Shown: positions 8,667 through 18,580 of the stretch, in pieces
Numbering within the stretch: the stretch's first letter is position 1
Layout of the letters: each line of letters begins with the position of its first letter
Assembly (NCBI GenBank): GCA_041656115.1
Contig: JBBAED010000001.1
Location: forward strand, 98,873-162,872
DNA from: Dehalococcoidales bacterium
GTDB taxonomy: Bacteria > Chloroflexota > Dehalococcoidia > Dehalococcoidales > UBA5627
Reading direction: 5' to 3'
DNA: 64,000 nt
Translations under genes and position numbers: made by a program
Notes under the pieces: model-generated
The model's database searches: none
Seen by the model: the letters and a program-made list of their open reading frames with translations, nothing else
What the model was told of the DNA's origin: nothing

Positions 8667-10241
8667 ATGAGCAGGGATAAATACAGTAAAGGGGAAGATT
8701 TAGTCCGCAAAGAGCAAGGCACAATCGTTAAAAATTGGGGCGGCAGGCTTCCTGTCGGTTTAATTTATCCCAATTCTTATTATATCGGGATGTCGAATCT
8801 GGGGATGCAATTCCTTTATCGGATGCTAAATGCCTATGGCGATGTTGTTTGTGAACGTATTTTCTATGAAGAAGGGATGCTTTACAGTTTGGAAAATTTA
8901 CGTGAGATAAACGAATTCCCGGTTCTGGCCTTTACGGTTTCCTATGAATTGGATTATTTTAATGTAATCGACCTTATTAAACAAAGCGCAATCTCTTTAT
9001 ATGCCGAAGAACGCAATGCAAACGACCCGATTATAATTGCCGGCGGACCTTGTATTATTTCCAACCCCGTGCCGCTGGCTCCTTTTTTGGATTGTATGTG
9101 TATCGGGGAAGCCGAGGCTCTTATGCCCTCTATGTTACCGGTGCTTGCCGATGTCAATCTTACACGTGACCAAAAACTGGAAGCCCTTTCAAATTTGCCG
9201 GGATTGTATGTTCCGCAGTTTTATACCGGTAAAAAAATTATTCGCCAATATTTATCGGAATTGGAAGATATACCTGTAACCGCGGTATTAACAACCGAAA
9301 CCGAGCTGGGGAATTTGTATCTGATAGAGGCTGAACGAGGCTGCAATTGGGGCTGTCGTTTTTGTATGGTGGGGAAGGCCTTTAGTCCGATACGTTTCCA
9401 TTCCGCCGAAAGCATTATTAAACAGGCCAAGGAGGGGGTGGAATTCCGGGACCGCATCGGATTGGTGGGGGCGGTCGTTTCCGACCATCCGCAAATTGAA
9501 GAGATAATCGCTGCCATCCGCGGTTTGGGGGCGGGGATATCAATTAGTTCAATGCGTATCAAACCTCTCTATGAATCGGTATTAAAAGCGATTGTGGAAA
9601 GCGGGGCGCAAACCCTAACACTGGCGCCGGAAGCCGGTTCACAGCGTTTGCGCGATGTAATTAACAAACGTATCAGCGAAGATGACATAATCCAAGCAGT
9701 TGAGAAGGTTACGGAGTATCCGCTTAAAACGCTTAAGTTTTATTTTATGATCGGACTGCCTTCGGAAACCGACGAAGATGTGCAGGAAATAGTAACGCTG
9801 GTCTTAAAATGTAAGGATATCCTTGTTAAGAAATTAGCCGGTTGCCGTATCGATATCAATGTTGCTCAGTTTATTCCTAAAGCAGGGACACCCTTTCAGT
9901 GGATGCCGATGGCGGATGAGAAAATATTAAATAGACGTTTGACCTTTCTTAAAAAGAAATTGATTCCGCTGGGAGTGCAGGTTAAGAATGAAAGTACGGC
10001 TTGGAGTTTGGTACAAGCGGTGTTATCGCGAGGCGACAGTAAAATAGCGGAATTACTTGCCGCTGTTGAATCGGTTACGCTTTCGGAATGGAAACGTAAG
10101 GCTAAAGAGCTGGAAATAGACCTTGATTATTATACTGTTAGGGAGTGGGATACCGCAGAGAAGCTCCCGTGGGGATTTATCGACTGCGGGACCGATAAAG
10201 ACAAACTGCAGACGGAATTTGAACGGGCGACACTGTTTTAG
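8667..10241 (+). CDS. Radical SAM protein with N-terminal B12-binding-like domain (TIGR03960-like, function unknown)
   Basis: CNWGCRFC CxxxCxxC cluster motif. The N-terminal PNSYYIGMSNLGMQFLY and IIIAGGPC segments are typical of this uncharacterised rSAM family. Confidence 0.8.
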   Translation: MSRDKYSKGEDLVRKEQGTIVKNWGGRLPVGLIYPNSYYIGMSNLGMQFLYRMLNAYGDVVCERIFYEEGMLYSLENLREINEFPVLAFTVSYELDYFNVIDLIKQSAISLYAEERNANDPIIIAGGPCIISNPVPLAPFLDCMCIGEAEALMPSMLPVLADVNLTRDQKLEALSNLPGLYVPQFYTGKKIIRQYLSELEDIPVTAVLTTETELGNLYLIEAERGCNWGCRFCMVGKAFSPIRFHSAESIIKQAKEGVEFRDRIGLVGAVVSDHPQIEEIIAAIRGLGAGISISSMRIKPLYESVLKAIVESGAQTLTLAPEAGSQRLRDVINKRISEDDIIQAVEKVTEYPLKTLKFYFMIGLPSETDEDVQEIVTLVLKCKDILVKKLAGCRIDINVAQFIPKAGTPFQWMPMADEKILNRRLTFLKKKLIPLGVQVKNESTAWSLVQAVLSRGDSKIAELLAAVESVTLSEWKRKAKELEIDLDYYTVREWDTAEKLPWGFIDCGTDKDKLQTEFERATLF

Positions 10242-10263
10242 AAGTGGGACGATGCCTCTTTTT

Positions 10264-10786
10264 TTGCTTCGCTACGCTTGCAAAGACAAAGGTTTAGCCG
10301 TTCGTGGTGAGCCTGTCGAACCATAACGGCGCACGAACAGTAATCCTCATTTCTCCCCGTTCTTTGGACCCTTCGACAGGCTCAGGGCGAACGGTTTTTT
10401 ATTATCCTGCCTTTCACTTTTGTCATCCTGAACGCAGTGAAGGATCTAAGAGGACGGGAAATCTAGGCTATGAGGTCACCTTCAGAAACAAGACAGAGGC
10501 ATCGTCTGGATGTGATTTGCTAACCGAACGCTACACTATTCGTTAACCCCTAGATTCTTCGACAAGCTCAGAATGACAATAGTAGTAACGTCTTTGCGAG
10601 GAGTGAGCCGTTAGACGAGTGACGTGGCAATCTAATATGAATTTATATGAGATTGCTTCGCTGCGCTCGCAAAGACAAGGTAGTTATCCCAGCCGTTCGT
10701 GGTGAGCCTGTCGAACCATAACGGCGGACGAATAGTAATCCTCGTTTCCACCCGTTCGTTTGACCCTTCGACAAGCTCAGGATAAC
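10264..10786. repeat. Intergenic modular repeat array 2 (D, Z, Y, A-D, Z; plus orientation)
   Basis: Two copies of the ~100-nt Z element, which has 23-nt terminal inverted repeats CCGTTCG(TGG/CCC)TGAGCCTGTCGAA. Also one Y and one A-loop-D hairpin element. The array abuts the terL stop codon. Confidence 0.95.
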
Positions 10787-10791
10787 AAATC

Positions 10792-12192
10792 CTACTTACC
10801 CGTCGCTTTCCGCGGCGTATAACTTCTCCCGGCTTCCACAAGCAGCGCCAGGCTCATCAAAAAATCATCGTGCCCTTGAGACGGATCAACAAAAAAGTTC
10901 ATCAATTGGTTGGGTCGATAAAAACTTCGTGCTTTCTCAATCTGTTCCCAAAATTCGGCGTATTCCGCAGACCCATCTCCTTGATACATCTTCAATCGTC
11001 CGGAATTAACGGCAGCCAGCAGATTAAAGCCCAATTGCGATTTGGAGCTTGAACTAAAGACAAAAGGGATAACCTTTGCTCCCAGCGCTTTTCTTAAAAA
11101 AGAGCTCACTGTCAGCCCGATACCGGTAGAATCAATTACAATCTTACGGCAGTTCCAGATATTGCCCAAAATATCGGCCAGCTGCGGATACAAATCGGTA
11201 TGCTTCTTACCGTTCCAACGATAATGTTCGACGATTTTAAGCCTCGGCTCGTTTTGTACACTGTCTAAAGCGGAATAATCAAGTTCACCTACGGTTATCA
11301 CCGTTGAATCCTGCTTCGGATTTAAGGTTTTTAGAAGATAATCTTCCGCCGCTTCACCGGCAATATCGACCCCCGCAACATAAACTTTGCCCCTCTCCGG
11401 CCGGTTTAACCTTTGATGGTTTCCCTGTAACTGTGCTCTTTGCTGTGCGTCCAGAAAACCGCCTCCTCCGCTAATCGGCAGTAGACGGTATTGAGTACGA
11501 AAAAGAGGATGATTTTCTCCGAGCCGCGCCCTTTCCGTTTCTATGTATTGCAGATAGTCAGGGTTATATTTTGCCACTTCCTGCCAATCGTAACGATAAT
11601 GCCGTTTAATTCCGTCTTTCTTTTCCAGTTCCAGATTATGTTGCTTGATTTCTTCAAGGAGTGTCTGCTCGTCCCAAGCGGTGCCGTAATGCACGGTGGT
11701 TACGTTGGTTGTACTGCCCATCGGTTTAAAGTCTTTGTTATATTTATCTTTGCCGATATCTTGCGATTCATCGATTTCCAGCAGTATATGAGCGGTATTC
11801 CCGACGACATTGGCCGATTCCTCTGCCGAAAGGAAAACAGCGCGGCAAAAACCCAGCCTGATAATATGCCCCTGCTCGGTTGTATAAATACCGGTAAAAC
11901 CGGCATCAATGAGCCTATCCTTGAGCCTTGACATTGAAATCAGCGCTTGCGGCTTAAAGGTCGGGGCGCACTTAATCAGATTTTTAGAGTTTGGCATAAA
12001 GATAGTCATCAACAGCAGTTCTATTTGTGCCGAAAGCTCATTCTTACCCCCTTGGCGTGCTATTTCCACCGAAAAGGTATGTCCTTTGCGATTCAAAACA
12101 CTCCCTAATACGGCGACGGCAATTTCTTTTTGATAGGGGCGTAATCTATTTATCAAATATCTTCCCGATGGTGATACCGAGCGGCAAGGCAA
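10792..12192 (-). CDS. terL: Phage terminase large subunit (ATPase + RNase H-like nuclease)
   Basis: Walker A-like ARQGGKNE, Walker B LLEIDESQD, then the C-terminal nuclease segments YVAGVDIAGE and DDFLMSLALL. The longest ORF starts at a TTG at 12192. An alternative TTG at 12156 would overlap the upstream stop by 11 nt. Confidence 0.8.
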   Translation of the reverse strand: MPCRSVSPSGRYLINRLRPYQKEIAVAVLGSVLNRKGHTFSVEIARQGGKNELSAQIELLLMTIFMPNSKNLIKCAPTFKPQALISMSRLKDRLIDAGFTGIYTTEQGHIIRLGFCRAVFLSAEESANVVGNTAHILLEIDESQDIGKDKYNKDFKPMGSTTNVTTVHYGTAWDEQTLLEEIKQHNLELEKKDGIKRHYRYDWQEVAKYNPDYLQYIETERARLGENHPLFRTQYRLLPISGGGGFLDAQQRAQLQGNHQRLNRPERGKVYVAGVDIAGEAAEDYLLKTLNPKQDSTVITVGELDYSALDSVQNEPRLKIVEHYRWNGKKHTDLYPQLADILGNIWNCRKIVIDSTGIGLTVSSFLRKALGAKVIPFVFSSSSKSQLGFNLLAAVNSGRLKMYQGDGSAEYAEFWEQIEKARSFYRPNQLMNFFVDPSQGHDDFLMSLALLVEAGRSYTPRKATGK

Positions 12193-12502
12193 TATCCCTT
12201 AAAACATTTGCAATCGCCTCTTTAAGCCCGCTTTTATCGTTTTTATCGATACTGTATCTGGTTCTGACCAAACCGCCGAGAGTGGTTAGAGCTTTCATAA
12301 TTAAATCCATATTTTCCGGGTCGTGCCTTAATACAGACTTAATTTTGGTTCGCAATAAGGCTATTTCATCGTCAATACCGTAAACGACGGTTGCCATTTC
12401 AAAATCATTTTGTTCATCTTCGTCAAGCACTCGCGAGTAAAAACCGTGCTTGCGAGCATATTGGTTGCCTATCGGTGCGCCTTTTCTTGTTCTTTCAGTC
12501 AA
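12146..12502 (-). CDS. Small terminase-like protein (GNxxAxKHGxYS motif)
   Basis: The N-terminal RKGAPIGNQYARKHGFYS is a motif I associate with phage small terminase/DNA-recognition subunits. Sits immediately upstream of and overlapping terL. AAGGAG lies 7 nt before the TTG start. Confidence 0.55.
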   Translation of the reverse strand: MTERTRKGAPIGNQYARKHGFYSRVLDEDEQNDFEMATVVYGIDDEIALLRTKIKSVLRHDPENMDLIMKALTTLGGLVRTRYSIDKNDKSGLKEAIANVLRDIALPLGITIGKIFDK

Positions 12503-12547
12503 TTCTTTACTCCTTTACACCAAATTGTTCTCCGCTTATTTACGGCG

Positions 12548-12571
12548 ATAATAATAGCACATATGTTCTTA
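12548..12571 (-). promoter_or_regulatory. Shared operator/extended -10 element, copy T (upstream of the terminase operon)
   Basis: Read in gene orientation: TAAGAACATATGTGCTATTATTAT, ending 45 nt before the TTG start. It is 21/24 identical to the copy at 23245-23268. Contains the imperfect palindrome AGAACA-TA-TGTGCT and TGC-TATTAT. Confidence 0.6.
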
Positions 12572-12686
12572 GCATTATATGAAATATTGTCGTTATTTTG
12601 TGACTTTTGTCTGGTACAAGGTATTATTAATGTTGTATAATAACGTCATACACAGGGATGTATAAATTAATTTATGGAGGTTGTAC

Positions 12687-12842
12687 ATGAAAATTATTAC
12701 CCTTTGTGGCGAAAAGAGCTGCTGCCCGGTGGTAAAAATCGACGAAGAAAAGGTCGAAATCGGTGAAGAAGGAAACCTCTGCGTTCTGAAAAGAAGCGAA
12801 TGGGAGACCCTGAAAAAGAAAATTTTGGAGAATGAAGCCTAG
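12687..12842 (+). CDS. Small Cys-containing protein (51 aa), unknown function
   Basis: MKIITLCGEKSCCPVVKIDEEKVEIGEEGNLCVLKRSEWETLKKKILENEA. GGAGG lies 7 nt upstream of the ATG and a strong terminator follows. Below the size cutoff of the ORF track. Divergent from the terminase operon. Confidence 0.6.
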   Translation: MKIITLCGEKSCCPVVKIDEEKVEIGEEGNLCVLKRSEWETLKKKILENEA

Positions 12843-12863
12843 TTTAAAGCGCTTTTACGTGGA

Positions 12864-12897
12864 AGAGGGCGGGGATAAAAACCCTGCCCTCTTTTTA
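12864..12897 (+). terminator. Rho-independent terminator
   Basis: Stem AGAGGGCGGGG / CCCTGCCCTCT (one G.T pair), 7-nt loop, then a T tract. Confidence 0.75.
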
Positions 12898-12910
12898 TTT
12901 ACCCGAAAAT

Positions 12911-13676
12911 TGAACCATAACGGCTGACGGATTGTAATCCTCGTTTTCTCCCCGTTCGTTGAACCCTTCGACAAGCTCAGAATGACAATAATAGAAACGT
13001 CTTTGCGAGGAATGAGCCTTTAGGCGAGTGACGCGGCAATCTCATTTTGTCATCCTGAACGCAGTGAAGGATCTAAGAGGACAGGAAGTATAGGCTATGA
13101 GGTCGCCTCAGAAACAAAAAAGAGGCATCGTCCAGACGTGATTTGCTAATCGAACGGTATACTATTCGCTAACCCCCAGATTCTTCGACAAGCTCAGAAT
13201 GACAAGTTATAATCGTCTTTGCGAGGAGCGAGCCTTTAGGTGAGCGACGTGGCAATCTCCTACGAATTTATTAGAGATTGCTTCGCTACGCTCGCAAAGA
13301 CAAAGGTAATGTCATCCTGCTTTTCCCATTTGTCATCCTGAACATAGTGAAGGATCTAAGAGGACGGGAAGTGCAGGCTATTAGGTTGCCTCGGCATCAA
13401 AGAAGAGGCATCGTCCTACGATTAAATCCGCAACCGAACACTGCACTATCCGCTAACCCCTAGATTCTTCGGCAGGCTCAGAATGACAATAATAGAAATG
13501 TCTTTGCGAGGAATGAGCCTTTAGGCGAGTGACGCGGCAATCTCCAAGGAATTAATCTATATGAGATTGCTTCGCTGTGCTCGCAAAGACAAGGGGAATT
13601 GCTTCGCTACGCTCGCAAAGACATGATAGCAAAGACAAAGGAGAGATGCATCGCTTTCCTATCGAGAATGGTCTTA
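12911..13676. repeat. Intergenic modular repeat array 3 (truncated Z, A, Y, A-D, Y, A-D, D, D-variant; plus orientation)
   Basis: Same modules as arrays 1 and 2. Ends with a D-variant GCATCGCTTTCCTATCGAGAATGG, also seen reverse-complemented at 32628-32655. Confidence 0.95.
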
Positions 13677-13838
13677 CATGAGTAAAATTAATTTCCCTCC
13701 ACATCGAACAAGCTTAATTAAATACGGTGTAGCTTAATTTAAAGCTCTGGTTTATAATATCTAATAAACAAACCTTTTTGTTAAGTTTTAGAACCGGCAT
13801 ACGCCCTGATTGTTGCTTAAAAGGAGTTCAATTAATAT

Positions 13839-15536
13839 ATGCGCTTATCACAGTTATTCGGAAAGACTCAAAGGGAGATTCCGGCAGAAGCCGATACAGT
13901 CAGCCATCAACTGATGCTGCGTACCGGCATGATTCGCCAGCTTACCGCCGGTGTTTATTCGTATTTACCGTTGGCGCTTCGTGCGTTGTATAAAATAGAA
14001 AATATTATCAGAGATGAAATGGACAAAGCCGGCGGGCAGGAAATATGTATGCCGGTCTTACAACCGATTGAACTCTGGGAAAAATCGGGTAGGGTTAGCG
14101 GATTTGGGAAAAATCTGTTCCGCTTATATGACCGCAAAGAACGCGAATTGGCGCTGGGGCCCACTCATGAAGAAGTTGTGACCGATTTGGTTGGGCGCAC
14201 CGTTCAGAGTTACCGTGAACTGCCTTTGCTTTTATACCAAATCCAAACCAAATTCCGTGACGAACTGCGTCCCAGAGGCGGGCTGGTACGCGTACGTGAA
14301 TTTGTGATGAAAGACCTTTACAGTTTTGATACCGATGCCGAAGGGTTAGATATCAGTTACCGTAAAATGGTTACCGCTTACGAAAATATCTTTGCCAGAT
14401 GCGGGCTGCCGGTTATTATGATTGAAGCCGATAGCGGAGCAATCGGAGGCAAAGATTCCAATGAATTTATGGCCGTTTCCGAAATGGGCGAAGATGAAAT
14501 TATCTACTGCAAAAATTGCGGGAATGCCGCTAATGCCGAAAAGGCAAAAAGTATCAAACCCGAAGCCAACAACGGCGAACCGCTGGCGACGGAGGAAGTT
14601 GCCACCCCCGGTTGTAAAACTATCGCAGAAGTGTGTAACTACTTGGGAATCGAACCGATAAATACGTTAAAAGCCGTTTTCTATGTTGCCGACGAAGAAT
14701 TTATTTTTGTTTGTTTGCGCGGCGATATAGATGTAAACGAAGTAAAATTAAAGAACCTTTTACGCTGTGCCGAACTAAGGCTGGCAACCGAAGAAGAAGT
14801 TACCGCCAAAGGGATAGTTGCCGGATTTGCATCGCCAATCGGGCTCAAGAACGTGAAAGTTGTGGTTGATGAATCGGTTGGCGTCGGAACAAACTTTGTT
14901 GCCGGCGGCAATAAAACCGATTTTCATATTAAAAACGTCAACTTCCCCAGGGATTTTGAAGCTGATTTAATTGCCGATATTGCGCTGGCAGCCGTCGGTG
15001 ACGGTTGTGCAAAATGCGGTTTCGAATTATCTGTTGATCGCGGTATAGAGTTAGGGCATGTATTTAAACTGGGGACTTTCTTAAGCGAAAAGCTGGGAGC
15101 CTATTATATTGACGCAAACGGCGAATCAAAACCGATAGTGATGGGCTGTTACGGTATCGGTGTCGGCAGGTTAATGGCAGCCGCCATTGAGGTTAACCAT
15201 GACGATAAAGGCATTATTTGGCCTAAAAATATTGCCCCCTATCAGGTTCATATTTGCCCGCTATTTATGGAAAACTTACAAGTTGCCGAAAAAGCGGAGG
15301 AACTCTACAAAGAATTGGAACTCTGTGGCATAGAGGTACTTTACGATGACCGCAACGAATCTACCGGAATTAAATTTAACGATGCCGACCTTTTAGGAAT
15401 TCCGCTGCGAATTACCGTTAGCCCGCGTTCACTGGAAAAAGGGTGCATCGAAATAAAGCGGCGTTCGGAAAAAACGGCGGAGCTTATTCCCGTTAACGAA
15501 GCGATTGAAAAGGTTAAGGCAATACTGGCGGGCTAG
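13839..15536 (+). CDS. proS: Prolyl-tRNA synthetase, bacterial type with INS editing domain
   Basis: MRLSQLFGKTQRE, class II motifs (REFVMKDLYSFD, GCYGIGVGRL) and a central ~180-aa insertion. GGAG RBS. Confidence 0.95.
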   Translation: MRLSQLFGKTQREIPAEADTVSHQLMLRTGMIRQLTAGVYSYLPLALRALYKIENIIRDEMDKAGGQEICMPVLQPIELWEKSGRVSGFGKNLFRLYDRKERELALGPTHEEVVTDLVGRTVQSYRELPLLLYQIQTKFRDELRPRGGLVRVREFVMKDLYSFDTDAEGLDISYRKMVTAYENIFARCGLPVIMIEADSGAIGGKDSNEFMAVSEMGEDEIIYCKNCGNAANAEKAKSIKPEANNGEPLATEEVATPGCKTIAEVCNYLGIEPINTLKAVFYVADEEFIFVCLRGDIDVNEVKLKNLLRCAELRLATEEEVTAKGIVAGFASPIGLKNVKVVVDESVGVGTNFVAGGNKTDFHIKNVNFPRDFEADLIADIALAAVGDGCAKCGFELSVDRGIELGHVFKLGTFLSEKLGAYYIDANGESKPIVMGCYGIGVGRLMAAAIEVNHDDKGIIWPKNIAPYQVHICPLFMENLQVAEKAEELYKELELCGIEVLYDDRNESTGIKFNDADLLGIPLRITVSPRSLEKGCIEIKRRSEKTAELIPVNEAIEKVKAILAG

Positions 15537-15619
15537 CTCAGCCCGGCTTTTTCCGATTTTTTGTTATTTATTGCTATAATAAAGACCTAAACATTACAAA
15601 AAAGGATGGGGAAATATTT

Positions 15620-16105
15620 ATGTTTGCAATGTTTGCTAAATTAAAGAGATTTTTCTTCTCGGCATTAGTGGGAGCAATCGGAATCGGTGTGGCCGGAGTC
15701 CTTTTTGCATACCTCAACGGAATGGATGACGGGAGCACTTTGCTATGGATTTTGGGGTGGCTTCTGATTGGTTTTATTGTTAACGTTACCATCGGATTTG
15801 TGGTAAGCGGTAATAAACTGTCTAAGTTTGTAATGTGGGGTATTATCGCCGGTGTTGTGGCCGGATTCTTATCGGCTGACCCGAGTTATGACCTTTGGAT
15901 GAAAATGGGAATCATTGGGCTTACTCTCGGTATCGGAATCGGCATTGCCGGTGTTTCTTATACACCGCCGGCAGATAAAAAACCTGCACCGAAACAAAAA
16001 GAAGAGCCAAAAGATCCCAGAAATATCCCCTGTGATGAATGCGGTTCACTTGTAGCGGAAGACGACAACTTCTGCCACGAATGCGGCACCGAATTTGAAG
16101 AATAG
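15620..16105 (+). CDS. Membrane protein with C-terminal zinc ribbon
   Basis: About 4 predicted hydrophobic helices, a Pro/Lys-rich linker, then CDECGSLVAEDDNFCHECG. Confidence 0.6.
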   Translation: MFAMFAKLKRFFFSALVGAIGIGVAGVLFAYLNGMDDGSTLLWILGWLLIGFIVNVTIGFVVSGNKLSKFVMWGIIAGVVAGFLSADPSYDLWMKMGIIGLTLGIGIGIAGVSYTPPADKKPAPKQKEEPKDPRNIPCDECGSLVAEDDNFCHECGTEFEE

Positions 16106-16133
16106 CTTCTAAAAAAATAGAACAAAATGAAAA

Positions 16134-16166
16134 CGCCCTGCCGATAACCGACAGGGCGTAATTTTT
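16134..16166. terminator. Bidirectional terminator between convergent genes
   Basis: Stem CGCCCTG / CAGGGCG with an 11-nt loop. It is flanked by an A-run upstream and a T-run downstream. Confidence 0.65.
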
Positions 16167-16181
16167 ACCGAAACAAACCGA

Positions 16182-18578
16182 TTACGCTCTTAATGTTACC
16201 CCAAGTGCGCCTTGCAGTTTTTTCAGGATTTGCTCAAGGACTTTATCCACCGCGACATCGGTAAGCGTCTGCTCCGCGGATTGGAAAAGCAGTCTGTAAG
16301 CAACTGATTTTTTACCGGCCTCAACCTGCTTACCGGTATAAACATCAAAAAGGATTACTTCGTTTACCAAAGAAAACTTTTTAATGATATCGACAATCTG
16401 TTTATGGGTTACATTGTTATCCAAAACAAGGGCAATATCCCTAATCACGGACGGGAAACGAGCAATCGGTTTATAACCGCCGGAACGTAAAGCAAACGAG
16501 AGAAGCGTTGAAATATTCAGCTCAAACATAAAGATCTTCCCGGTAATATCAAAGGCCGCAGCCACCTTGGGGTGGACCTCTCCGAGAACACCGATTTTAC
16601 TGCCGCTAACAACAATTTCCGCCTGATGTCCGGGGCGTAAGCTGTCGTCGTCACTTGCTTTAAAATCCGCTCTGACATACAAAGAGGAAAGCAGGCTTTC
16701 CGCAACACCCTTTACCGTAAAGAAATCAAACGGCGGGGTATTAGTCGGCCAAACCTTTTCCTGCTCGGGATTATACATCAGCCCACAAAGGATTTCGGGT
16801 TCATTCGGCAGGTTATTATCACGCTTAATATAAATGCGATTCAGTTCAAAAATGCGTACCGGGCCTTCTTCGTGCCTTAAATTGGATTCCAATATCGCTA
16901 AAAGCCCGCTTCGTAAATTGGTGCGCAGATATTCTTGCTCGGCGCTCATTGCGTTGTACAATTTAACCGGTTCTTTTTGCAAAGCGTTTGAAGCATAAGC
17001 CTTCGCCAGCATTTCTACATTGGTTAAAGAATAGTTAATCACCTCATCAAAACCAAAACCGACTAAGGTTTGCCGTACACGGTTTTTGAGGTCCATCAAA
17101 TAGTTCGGCTCCTGATGAGCAATCGAACCGCTCAGAAGTGTAGTGGGAATATTTTCATAACCGATAATGCGTGCCAGCTCTTCGATAACATCAACTTCAA
17201 TATTGATATCGCTGCGCCAGCAAGGGGCTTTAACCGAATATTCACTGTCGGATTCGATATTAACCTCAAATCCCAGCCCTTTAAGCGTGGCAAGCACTTG
17301 TTCGTTACTGAATTCAACACCGAGAATGCGTTTTATTTCACTGCGGCGCAAAATCAAGGGCTTTTGTTCGTATTTTTGCGGATAGACATCTACAATTCCC
17401 TTTGCCGCACAGCCGCCCGCGATTTGCAATATCAGCTGAGTTGCGCGTCGCAGGGCGTAAACGGTTAAGTCGGGGCGAATCCCCCTCTCAAACCGCATAC
17501 TGGCTTCGCTCACAAGCTTTAGGCTATGACTGGTGTAATGAATACTTGCGGAATTGAAGTTAGCAGATTCGATTAGTATTGAAGCGGCATTTTCCGTTAT
17601 ATCGCTGTTTGCCCCGCCCATCACACCGGCAATCGCAACCGATTTTTCGCCGTCGGTAATCATTAATGTATTTTCGGTTAATTTACGCTCAACGTCGTCG
17701 AGTGTTCGGATAACTTCGCCACATTGGGCACGGCGAATAACTATTTTATTGGTTTTTATTTTATCGTAATCGAAACTGTGTAAGGGTTGCCCGTACTCCA
17801 ACATTACGTAGTTTGTAATATCAACGATATTACTGATTGGGCGAATACCGCAAGCCGTTAAACGCTGCTTAAGCCATTCGGGCGATTCCTCTATTTTGAC
17901 CCCGGTTATTAAACTTGCCGAATAGCGCGAGCATAAATCTTGGTCTGCGATTGATATTGAAACTTGCCCTTCTATCGCTTCACCGACTTCATCATAAGTT
18001 AAATCCGGTAGTTTCACTTTTTTATCGGTAATTGCCGCCACTTCCCAAGCAACACCGATTACGGACAGTAAATCGGGGCGGTTGGGGGTAACATCTATAT
18101 CAAGAATAATATCGGAAAGAAACTCGGCTAAACCTTTCCCTAAAGGTGCTTCCGGCGCCAATACCAAAATCCCCTCATGTTCATCGGATAAGCCCAGTTC
18201 TCTTTCGGAACAAACCATACCGCAGGATTCAACACCGCGAATCTTTGCCGGTTTTAGAATCGATTTTTCTCCGGTATATCCGTCAATCAAATTAGCGCCA
18301 ATCGATGCATAGGCAATTTTATCGCCGACGGTGAGGTTGGGGGCACCGCAAACTACTGTTTGCAGCCCGCTTCCGGTATCGACGGTGGCAAGTCTTAACC
18401 TATCGGCGTTGGGGTGGGGGTCAATAGCAGCAATTTGTCCGATAATAACGCCTTCCCAGCTTTCCCCGATATATCTGATTTCGGATTCGGTCCCCGACAT
18501 TGTCAGCGCATGTGCCAACTCTTTGGGGGATAAATCTATATCTACATAATCTTTAAGCCACTTAATAGGTATCTTCAT
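16182..18578 (-). CDS. pheT: Phenylalanyl-tRNA synthetase beta subunit
   Basis: 798 aa. N-terminal MKIPIKWLKDYV and a tRNA-binding OB domain (HPNADRL), then B3/4, B5 and FDX-ACB regions. Follows pheS with a 2-nt gap. Confidence 0.95.
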   Translation of the reverse strand: MKIPIKWLKDYVDIDLSPKELAHALTMSGTESEIRYIGESWEGVIIGQIAAIDPHPNADRLRLATVDTGSGLQTVVCGAPNLTVGDKIAYASIGANLIDGYTGEKSILKPAKIRGVESCGMVCSERELGLSDEHEGILVLAPEAPLGKGLAEFLSDIILDIDVTPNRPDLLSVIGVAWEVAAITDKKVKLPDLTYDEVGEAIEGQVSISIADQDLCSRYSASLITGVKIEESPEWLKQRLTACGIRPISNIVDITNYVMLEYGQPLHSFDYDKIKTNKIVIRRAQCGEVIRTLDDVERKLTENTLMITDGEKSVAIAGVMGGANSDITENAASILIESANFNSASIHYTSHSLKLVSEASMRFERGIRPDLTVYALRRATQLILQIAGGCAAKGIVDVYPQKYEQKPLILRRSEIKRILGVEFSNEQVLATLKGLGFEVNIESDSEYSVKAPCWRSDINIEVDVIEELARIIGYENIPTTLLSGSIAHQEPNYLMDLKNRVRQTLVGFGFDEVINYSLTNVEMLAKAYASNALQKEPVKLYNAMSAEQEYLRTNLRSGLLAILESNLRHEEGPVRIFELNRIYIKRDNNLPNEPEILCGLMYNPEQEKVWPTNTPPFDFFTVKGVAESLLSSLYVRADFKASDDDSLRPGHQAEIVVSGSKIGVLGEVHPKVAAAFDITGKIFMFELNISTLLSFALRSGGYKPIARFPSVIRDIALVLDNNVTHKQIVDIIKKFSLVNEVILFDVYTGKQVEAGKKSVAYRLLFQSAEQTLTDVAVDKVLEQILKKLQGALGVTLRA

Positions 18579-18580
18579 AA

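Noticed and set aside
12548-12571. Calling the shared operator a bona fide LexA/SOS box
   Set aside because: Both copies read GAAC-N4-GTGC rather than GAAC-N4-GTTC, no lexA gene is in the window, and the motif overlaps a -10 element. I report it as LexA-like only and have not assigned it.
13677-13838. T-box or other leader riboswitch upstream of proS, and likewise upstream of pheS
   Set aside because: I could not find a specifier-loop/T-box (AGGGUGGNACCGCG-like) sequence or an obvious antiterminator/terminator pair. The region is mostly repeat tail plus a plausible TATAAT promoter.
16240-16260. Replication origin signals (DnaA boxes)
   Set aside because: There is only an isolated TTATCCACC-like match inside pheT, with no cluster and no dnaA/dnaN nearby.
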